Shown: piece by piece, positions 28,935 to 36,706 of the stretch
Numbering within the stretch: the first letter of the stretch is position 1
Layout: every line of letters begins with the position of its first letter
Assembly (NCBI GenBank): GCA_019385495.1
Contig: GCA_019385495.1_4102.1
DNA length: 64,000 bases
Strand: one strand, 5' to 3'
Source of the DNA: a phage
Position numbers and translations under genes: made by a program
The notes under the pieces: model-generated
What the model was told of the DNA's origin: nothing
Database searches by the model: none
The model's input: only the letters and a program-made list of their open reading frames with translations

Positions 28935-31664
28935 ATGTCATCAAAACGAATTATAGGAAGTGCCGAGATCCTTGGGAACTTGGCAATTGGACAAAGGTAC
29001 GCTATGCGTACTTTTAATGGAACCTCACCGAATGCCAATACTGGAATTGTTCAATATCCAATATATAAGCGTTCAGAAGTTCAAAGTATTTTAGATATGT
29101 TGCCTATATCACGTGTAGGAGAAATGGATTACTTACCATTAAACGTAAGTGGGTCGTATGAAGGTGCTACACCTATGTCAAGTGACCAAGTAGTTCAGCC
29201 AACAATTATTGAAGATGATGGAACCGCCGTTGTTCTGCGTAGCGGAACCAATGGTAGTACTAAAGGTTTTTATTATTCATTTATACGAGAACTCCGAAAT
29301 ATAACTATGATTTCACAAGAAAGTGTTATTTCAACCAATTCAATGTATAAACCTTCAATTATGAGTAGTACTGAAAATATTAAGTATTTTATTGGCTCTA
29401 ATGGTTATGAGATGCTTGGATGTTTAAGTACTGAAGATAATTATATTTTTACTATAACCAATGGCACATTTAACGAAATATCACATATTCATGCTAAAGT
29501 GCCAAGTACTTCTTTTGGTAATGATATGCCAATATATACACATATTGTTGGGACAAAGGTTTATATTTGGTGTAAAGATAAAAGTGTTTCTAATTTAGGA
29601 TTAGCACTTTCAATTTATACAGTAGAGCTAAGTGATGTGAAAGCAAGCTCAATGGCATCATTAACAAAAGTTACTGGGTTATCAGGTCAAACTGTTCGAA
29701 ACACAAGTTATTCTGCATCTAATAACATAAGAGTGTTCGATAAATTATATAGTGTTGGTACTAGCTCGGATTCATTATTCGAAGTTACATCACCAGTATC
29801 ACGTGTAGAATTTTCAGACTATACAGACTTTAACATTCAAGCCAACGTTAGTCCTGATTTATCAAAAATACGTGTAACTTTATATCCAACACATCGAATG
29901 GTTACACCTTTGTATATTTCAACAGTTTATGGTACTGGAATAAGTTTTGTTTATAATATAAACTCAAAATCTATGTCACTAGATGGTAGTGCTCGTGCAC
30001 CTGCAACTGTTTCATATAATAATGGATTTCAAGTTTCTAACCCATTTGAAATTAATATGGTCAACTTCACAGGGACAACTGCTGCTGGTGTATTAGGAAA
30101 CGCAGGTGGTTTATGTCAAACTAAAGATGGTTTGGTATTTGCATCTAAATTTAGATGGAGTTCAACTGAATTTTATGGTCTACAACGATATAAGGTTAGT
30201 GGTACACCGTTTGATTCATGGGTTGCCAGTACTAGAACCGCAAGTAACGTTATAAATGCAAACGTTTTACCAGTTTTTGGTAGTGCTGTTGGTGCAAACC
30301 TTTTAGGTGTACGTTTCATCGATAATAGAAAAATATTATTAGCATGTTCTGGTACGTATGATGATGTAACATATAATTATAATAATACTGTTTTTTCTGA
30401 AATAGGTTCACAACCAACATATCAATATAACTCAGTTCAAAATAATACTACATTAAATGGTTTTGCTCCACAATCTAATCGTAAACAAATAGGCGATGAT
30501 TTTACATACACTGCTATGATTTCTCTTGTTGATACCGATGGTAGTGTTAGATGCTATGGAACATCATTCATTGAAGGTGTATATAAAACAAGTGGTGGAT
30601 TATTAAATCCAGATACTTTAGAATTTGATGAAACATATACAATAGAACCAACGGTATTAGAATCATTAAAACAAGATATTTTTGCTAATATAGGAAACTC
30701 TGGCATTGTTGGTACACTATCTGGACAAATTGTATTATATTATGTACCTGATAATACTTTTTCTAAATCCATCGCAGTAGTTTCAGCATATAATCTTAAC
30801 AATAACCAAGGTTATGCAATCTATGCCGAAGTTGATGTTGTATTATCTGGAACTAACATAACTTCAGCTACATTGGTAAGTACTAGATATGAGACACTTA
30901 GTTCTGTTACAGGAATTATTACTGAAGCATATATGAAACGTTGTACTGGTCTAACAGTTGCTAAATATTCAGGATTTGGTTACATTGGTGTTGATGCCGT
31001 TCATCAATTTTCACAACCAGGTAATGCACAATTTAAGATGATGATAGCTAAAACAGTAGATGGTGTCATAACATCAAATCGTTTTTTATCATCTAGTTAC
31101 ATCCAACTCGGTGCAGCATATCAACATGGTGTTATTCCTGGTGTTGGTTTTGGATATTACAATTTTCAAGATTCTGACTATCAAACCAAATCTGTATTCA
31201 GCGTTTTTGGTACAACATCTGCTGAAATGGATGGTTTAATTAGCGGAAATGGTAGCGTTAAAGAAAAGATTGTGGTAGTATCACAAGACGTTGCACAAGG
31301 ATTCTCAGTGTACTTTACACGTGAAGTTCCGGTGTTTTTAGGTGGAATTTTCGACAGACTACCTATACAAAGTGTAGATTTAAGTACTGTAAAAAGTAAT
31401 CCAGCTAATACTACGTTCTATTTGTATATACAAATGAACAGGAATACTAAGAAAGCTTCATATGTTATTAGTACTGAAACTATTGATGAATCTTTAACTA
31501 GCACTTACATTGGTAAGATAGTTACTGGAACTTCAGGAATAACTTCAATTGATACAGAAAAAGTAACTCGTTTTTTGACATATCGTCCAAGTACAACGAA
31601 ACGTGGTTCAGCGATACCTGCCAGTACTGGTGTACCATCAGGTCCAGGTACACGTTGGAAATAA
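28935..31664 (+). CDS. tail-fibre-like protein (909 aa)
   Basis: Shares VVSQDVAQGF..VYFT and C-terminal modules with 25623-28319; RBS AAGGAAAAG; ORF-track start 28845. Confidence 0.6.
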   Translation: MSSKRIIGSAEILGNLAIGQRYAMRTFNGTSPNANTGIVQYPIYKRSEVQSILDMLPISRVGEMDYLPLNVSGSYEGATPMSSDQVVQPTIIEDDGTAVVLRSGTNGSTKGFYYSFIRELRNITMISQESVISTNSMYKPSIMSSTENIKYFIGSNGYEMLGCLSTEDNYIFTITNGTFNEISHIHAKVPSTSFGNDMPIYTHIVGTKVYIWCKDKSVSNLGLALSIYTVELSDVKASSMASLTKVTGLSGQTVRNTSYSASNNIRVFDKLYSVGTSSDSLFEVTSPVSRVEFSDYTDFNIQANVSPDLSKIRVTLYPTHRMVTPLYISTVYGTGISFVYNINSKSMSLDGSARAPATVSYNNGFQVSNPFEINMVNFTGTTAAGVLGNAGGLCQTKDGLVFASKFRWSSTEFYGLQRYKVSGTPFDSWVASTRTASNVINANVLPVFGSAVGANLLGVRFIDNRKILLACSGTYDDVTYNYNNTVFSEIGSQPTYQYNSVQNNTTLNGFAPQSNRKQIGDDFTYTAMISLVDTDGSVRCYGTSFIEGVYKTSGGLLNPDTLEFDETYTIEPTVLESLKQDIFANIGNSGIVGTLSGQIVLYYVPDNTFSKSIAVVSAYNLNNNQGYAIYAEVDVVLSGTNITSATLVSTRYETLSSVTGIITEAYMKRCTGLTVAKYSGFGYIGVDAVHQFSQPGNAQFKMMIAKTVDGVITSNRFLSSSYIQLGAAYQHGVIPGVGFGYYNFQDSDYQTKSVFSVFGTTSAEMDGLISGNGSVKEKIVVVSQDVAQGFSVYFTREVPVFLGGIFDRLPIQSVDLSTVKSNPANTTFYLYIQMNRNTKKASYVISTETIDESLTSTYIGKIVTGTSGITSIDTEKVTRFLTYRPSTTKRGSAIPASTGVPSGPGTRWK

Positions 31665-31670
31665 ATTTAA

Positions 31671-31709
31671 AGCTCGTCTATTGACGGGCTTTTCTTTTAT
31701 GTGTATAAT
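31671..31709 (+). promoter_or_regulatory. terminator hairpin overlapping a sigma70-type promoter
   Basis: AGCTCGTC-tatt-GACGGGCT plus T-run; TTGACG (31681-31686), 17 nt, TATAAT (31704-31709). Confidence 0.55.
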
Positions 31710-31731
31710 TGAATAAAAATAGGAGGAAATT

Positions 31732-32298
31732 ATGGTCAAATCTTTATTACCGCCACCAAAACGTCACAAAATCAAAGAAATGAAAGAACAACGTACATTA
31801 AAGATGTACATCAATTTAGTTAAGTTACTGTGTAAAAGTCCATCGCTCAAAGCAGAGTTTAAAACTGATGATGACCGCAAAGCACTAATTGAGATGAAGT
31901 ATATGCTCAGTAAAATGTCCTTTTACAAATTTGTAAAAGAATACGCATCTGACCCATTTAGTCCTCGTTGGAGAGCCAAACCAAGAGAGTATTTTTACGG
32001 TGGTTCATATACGGATCTCATTCAAGACACAGTGATGGGAGTTGAATTTGAAATCGATTATGAGCCGAATGGTGTGGAAAGCTGGCCGATTGAGAAACGT
32101 TTACCAAGTGAAGAAGAAATTTATGTTTATGCAAGAAAACTTTCAAATTTCAGTTCAAGAATTACTCTAGGCAATTTAGATTCATTTATTATTTTCTATA
32201 CACGTGTTGGTGTAGATAAAATGGTAACTAAACTCAATGAACTTTCATTACAACAAAAACAGATTAATGCATACAAAGACATTACTGATTTATACTAA
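31732..32298 (+). CDS. hypothetical protein, tandem paralog 1
   Basis: Shared D-R/K..Y-K/M-LSK motif with the next two genes. Confidence 0.45.
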   Translation: MVKSLLPPPKRHKIKEMKEQRTLKMYINLVKLLCKSPSLKAEFKTDDDRKALIEMKYMLSKMSFYKFVKEYASDPFSPRWRAKPREYFYGGSYTDLIQDTVMGVEFEIDYEPNGVESWPIEKRLPSEEEIYVYARKLSNFSSRITLGNLDSFIIFYTRVGVDKMVTKLNELSLQQKQINAYKDITDLY

Positions 32299-32304
32299 TG
32301 AGGA

Positions 32305-32823
32305 ATGGATATGTTTTTTGGATCAGTTGGAAAACAAAACAGTACTTTAATTTGGCATGAAATTATCTTTAAAATTATATCTAAAAGCTACTCACTAAAG
32401 GATATTATCACCACAGATAATGATAGACGTATCCTGTTAGATGCAAAATATAAATTGAGCAAACACCCTTTACTTTCTTTAATCATTGATTACGTTAATG
32501 ATTATGAATCTAGTCGTTGGAAGTGGGAAGACGGCGGTTTATTTCGTGGAAAAACATTCTACGGTGCGGAACGATATGTTTTCAGTGATACATCAAATGG
32601 CGTTAAGTTTGTTATTAGAAACTTTAACTCCAAAGAAAATGATTATCTTGAAAGTGGAGTGAAAGTATATATCGATAATAGCAATGTACTAACATATGAC
32701 GAATCACTAATTATGTTACAAATAATGCGTGGAGTTGAAGGTGTAAGAAACAACCTTACTAAATTGAAAATCCAGCAAAATGATATACATAATAGACAGA
32801 AAATTAAGGGTTTATATAAATGA
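32305..32823 (+). CDS. hypothetical protein, tandem paralog 2
   Basis: Paralogous to 31732-32298. Confidence 0.45.
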   Translation: MDMFFGSVGKQNSTLIWHEIIFKIISKSYSLKDIITTDNDRRILLDAKYKLSKHPLLSLIIDYVNDYESSRWKWEDGGLFRGKTFYGAERYVFSDTSNGVKFVIRNFNSKENDYLESGVKVYIDNSNVLTYDESLIMLQIMRGVEGVRNNLTKLKIQQNDIHNRQKIKGLYK

Positions 32824-33329
32824 TTTCATTTTTCAAAAAGAAACAAAAAGTTGATGAAACCGGATTAGAATCGTTTCTATGGACTCTTATCATCAAAAAA
32901 AGTCCATTGATAAAAGAATATGCTATCAATGATGCTAATAGAAAAACTATCATTGAATACAAATACGAATTATCAAAATGTGATCCAATCGTTTATCACT
33001 TTGCGAAGTACTGTTCAAAAAATTTATCGGATATCACAATCGACCACGAGTCAGTCCCGATGAGTTTTCCTTATGGTGATTGGGTAGATACTTTTGATAT
33101 TTTTGATGGGTCAAATGGTTTCAGTTTCTTTTACTCGTCAAATAAAGCAAATGTTCGTATTAAAACAGACATAGGTTGGACACAGCATAGCTCAAATAAA
33201 GAAGATTATAATTTATTAGCTGACGTATACCGAAGTGTGAAGAATTCAAAGGATATTGATGAAAGAATTAAAAAGCAAAATCGTATATCTTTATCACTTG
33301 AAACATACAAGTCAAAGTATGGTGGTTAA
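32820..33329 (+). CDS. hypothetical protein, tandem paralog 3
   Basis: Paralogous; ATGA overlap. Confidence 0.45.
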   Translation: MISFFKKKQKVDETGLESFLWTLIIKKSPLIKEYAINDANRKTIIEYKYELSKCDPIVYHFAKYCSKNLSDITIDHESVPMSFPYGDWVDTFDIFDGSNGFSFFYSSNKANVRIKTDIGWTQHSSNKEDYNLLADVYRSVKNSKDIDERIKKQNRISLSLETYKSKYGG

Positions 33330-33331
33330 CT

Positions 33332-33733
33332 ATGACTACAGTTGATGATATCTATAGCACTATACGCAATATGAGTACAGATAGAAAAGTATTTGGCGAT
33401 AAAGAAAAATCTAAGTGTTATGGTATTGATTCTTTTGATATAATTTCTTATGAGTACAATACAAGTGGAAATAGTTCACTGAATATCGTCTGTCCTCGTG
33501 ACCCAGAAAATAATTTTATGTATGTTGAAATTAATAATGATGGAATGTTTTTTACAAAAGTTTTCAAAGGTGGAATTAATTACGAACCTATTGAATGTAT
33601 GAATGAAGAAACTTTCTTTCAAGAAGATACAATTATCAATTTAGGTTTTAGTTTTGATGATTATAAAACATTAGAACATGACTTTAATCGTTATTATAAT
33701 GGTTTCTTAAAGGAGTTAACAATTTATCTATGA
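33332..33733 (+). CDS. hypothetical protein
   Basis: ORF. Confidence 0.4.
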   Translation: MTTVDDIYSTIRNMSTDRKVFGDKEKSKCYGIDSFDIISYEYNTSGNSSLNIVCPRDPENNFMYVEINNDGMFFTKVFKGGINYEPIECMNEETFFQEDTIINLGFSFDDYKTLEHDFNRYYNGFLKELTIYL

Positions 33734-36000
33734 ATAACCAATATATTGAACAAACAATAGTGAAACACTTGGCTGGGTCACAAGCCTACGGAACCAGTAC
33801 ACCTGAAAGTGATACTGATTATCGTGGTATTTTTCTTGCTAATAAAGAATTTATTCTTACACCCTTCTATAAGGTCAAAGAGGTAGCTGATAAAAGCGAA
33901 GAAGATACTAAATTCTATGAGTTGAATCAGTATTTAAAATTATACACTGAAGCTAACCCTAATATTCTTGAATCACTTTGGGTTGAACCTGAACACATTG
34001 TTGAAAGTACTGAAATTTATGACTATCTTCGTTCATTTAACCAAAAACTTCTTAGTTCCAAGATTGCATTTTCATATACTGGTTATGCATATAATCAGAT
34101 TAAGCGTATGACAAATCATCACGGTTGGATGGATAAAGAGCGTATTGCTGAAAAACGATTAAATGAGATTTTAGAAGAACACCCTGTCGATGAGGTTCTT
34201 GCGTGGATGTATGATTCATTCCCACAGTATCTTGTTGAACGTTTAGATACATCGAACTTACATCCATTTAATGCTAAAAAGATTGATTTTGAAAAATATA
34301 TGCGTGATACATCATTGCAGTTAGTTTCGAAAAATCCATTAAAGCAATATCATTTCGTAAGATTAGTGCATAACTACACTACTGAAAAAATTCTTGATCG
34401 TGATTTCAATTTATTGAATTTTAATAATGGTTATGAACTAATTCATTACGGAGAAAACATTTTTGCGATTGTTAAAAATCCGAATGAAAGTACTATCAAT
34501 GGTGATGGTTCATTGCGTTATTTTTCTAAAGAGCGTAGTACTGAAGAGTTGAAAACTAAACCAGAACTAATTGTCAAATTTAACGAAAAAGAATATCAGG
34601 AAAATAGTGAGAATAGGAAAAGTTATCATAAATGGAAAGAAAATCGTAATGCCAAACGTGCTATTTTAGAATCACAACACGGATACGACTGTTATAGTTT
34701 TGATACTGAATTCTTAACTAAAGATGGTTGGAAATTATTTGACGACATCACTGATAAAGATCTATTAGCGACTTTTGATAAAAATCACAAAATAGAGTAT
34801 CAAAAATACACAGAACGTTTTGATAATTTATACAATGGAAATCTTTACCATTTCACTGGTCATCACCAAGATACGTTAGTGACTGCAAATCACAGAATGT
34901 ATGTTAAGAATTATGCACGTAATCAGCAAAAAGATATGTCAGAATGGCAATTTGTTGAAGCAGCACAATTAAAAGAAACTTATAAAATTTTGAATACATT
35001 ATCTCCAATAACAAAGGAATATAAAGATAAAAAAAGCCCAATTGACTATATGGATATCAAAGTTTATCTTCAACTGATGGGATGGTTTCTTTCAGATGGT
35101 AGTATAAGTTTTAGAGATGGAAAAGTAAAATCATTATACATTTCACAATCAAAAGCCAGTCCTGGTATGCGTTGTGCTTTATCAAAATACAAACAATCTG
35201 GACAAATGATATTTCAGGAATACATTAACGAAAGAAAAGATTACCAATCAAATGATGAATCAAGATTTGTATTTCCACGTGAAGTGGCTGAAGCATTATA
35301 TAATGATTGTGGGCATGGATCATATAATAAAAGAATTCCAAATTGGGCATTTGATTTAACAAAACGAAAAATGGATTTTCTGCTAAAAGGTTTGTTGCAA
35401 GGTGATGGTACAAAACGTAATTTGGTCAATCATGATGACACATATGTATATTATACTGCTAATTCATTATTAGCTGATGATGTTCAAAAACTAGCATTAC
35501 TGTGCGGTTATGAAACATCGAAATGGGGACCATACACAAACGAAACTAATTTTGGTTATATTGAAATGTATCAAGTTCATATCAATATGAAACCTAAATC
35601 AGAAAAAATAAACATGAAACAAAATCTTGAAAAAATTCCAGTAACTAACTACAGAACTGTTTGTTTTTCAGTTCCGAACGGTACACTGGTTACTCGTAGA
35701 AATGGTAAAACTGCATTACATGGAAACTGTAAACATGCTATGCACACAATCCGACTTTTGAATAGTGCAGAAGAAGCATTACAAAGTGGAATTATTCAAG
35801 TTAAACGACCAGATGCACAAATGTTGATGGATATTCGTAATGGTAAATGGAAGTATGAAGAAGTCTTAGAATATTTCGATGATAAAGTACAATACATTCG
35901 TGATGTTCTATATAAGAAATCAGTACTTCCTAAAAAACCAAACATCAAGTTAGCATCAAAAATTATCATTGATATTAGAGAAATGCAATGGTATAAGTAA
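33730..36000 (+). CDS. nucleotidyltransferase-fold protein interrupted by an intein
   Basis: N-terminal GSQAYG..SDTDYRG minimal NTase motif; internal intein-like segment of about 346 aa. Confidence 0.6.
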   Translation: MNNQYIEQTIVKHLAGSQAYGTSTPESDTDYRGIFLANKEFILTPFYKVKEVADKSEEDTKFYELNQYLKLYTEANPNILESLWVEPEHIVESTEIYDYLRSFNQKLLSSKIAFSYTGYAYNQIKRMTNHHGWMDKERIAEKRLNEILEEHPVDEVLAWMYDSFPQYLVERLDTSNLHPFNAKKIDFEKYMRDTSLQLVSKNPLKQYHFVRLVHNYTTEKILDRDFNLLNFNNGYELIHYGENIFAIVKNPNESTINGDGSLRYFSKERSTEELKTKPELIVKFNEKEYQENSENRKSYHKWKENRNAKRAILESQHGYDCYSFDTEFLTKDGWKLFDDITDKDLLATFDKNHKIEYQKYTERFDNLYNGNLYHFTGHHQDTLVTANHRMYVKNYARNQQKDMSEWQFVEAAQLKETYKILNTLSPITKEYKDKKSPIDYMDIKVYLQLMGWFLSDGSISFRDGKVKSLYISQSKASPGMRCALSKYKQSGQMIFQEYINERKDYQSNDESRFVFPREVAEALYNDCGHGSYNKRIPNWAFDLTKRKMDFLLKGLLQGDGTKRNLVNHDDTYVYYTANSLLADDVQKLALLCGYETSKWGPYTNETNFGYIEMYQVHINMKPKSEKINMKQNLEKIPVTNYRTVCFSVPNGTLVTRRNGKTALHGNCKHAMHTIRLLNSAEEALQSGIIQVKRPDAQMLMDIRNGKWKYEEVLEYFDDKVQYIRDVLYKKSVLPKKPNIKLASKIIIDIREMQWYK
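34690..35727 (+). mobile_element. intein with LAGLIDADG homing-endonuclease motifs
   Basis: Starts CYSFDTEF (block A-like), VTANHRMYV (block B TxxH), LMGWFLSDGS and LKGLLQGDGT (LAGLIDADG-like), ends ..ALHGN followed by Cys. Confidence 0.55.
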
Positions 36001-36014
36001 CATATACAAGTGTA

Positions 36015-36206
36015 ATGGTACTAAAAATGCCATTACACTCAATAAATACTCAATATAAATTAACACAAGGATTAAGTATGGCACAACAAATTTTCACAGA
36101 TATCCACACTACCGGAGTTATTAAATTTCAAAATAATTTTTCAGGTGCAACTGGTGTAGACATTAAAAATGATGGTTTTAACATTATCAGTACTCGGATC
36201 TATTGA
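36015..36206 (+). CDS. hypothetical protein (possibly 5' part of a frameshifted gene)
   Basis: ORF overlapping the next by 38 nt in another frame. Confidence 0.3.
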   Translation: MVLKMPLHSINTQYKLTQGLSMAQQIFTDIHTTGVIKFQNNFSGATGVDIKNDGFNIISTRIY

Positions 36207-36705
36207 TGGTGAAGATAGTTCTCTTAGTGATTCTGTGATTGCATCATTCGGAACTAATAAAAACAGTTCTTTTATTATATCTGGATGGACTGGAATGACT
36301 GATTCTGAAAATAATGTTAAGATAAAAGCTAAAGCTACTAACGAGAATCATGAAACAGAATGGGTAACATTATATGATAGTGCAAGTAATAAGTTATATA
36401 ATGTACTAAGTTCTAATAATATTTTAATTAATCCACTGTCGGGCAATGCTGTTTTTAATATTAATTTATCTGATAGAAATACTACTATTTCGATTGGTGC
36501 GGCTCCTACTGAAGTTTATTCAATTACCATCCTATTAACACAACAAACAGGTTCAAACCTAGTTAATTGGGGTTCTAATGTTAAATGGTCATATAACAGA
36601 CCAGTTGTTCTTTCTTATGAAATTGGTGAAAAAGATATTATTTCATTAGAAACATATGATAAAGGAGTTACATGGTACGGTGCATTAATTAGAGCAGGAG
36701 TATGA
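36169..36705 (+). CDS. hypothetical protein
   Basis: ORF. Confidence 0.4.
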   Translation: MMVLTLSVLGSIDGEDSSLSDSVIASFGTNKNSSFIISGWTGMTDSENNVKIKAKATNENHETEWVTLYDSASNKLYNVLSSNNILINPLSGNAVFNINLSDRNTTISIGAAPTEVYSITILLTQQTGSNLVNWGSNVKWSYNRPVVLSYEIGEKDIISLETYDKGVTWYGALIRAGV

Positions 36706-36706
36706 T

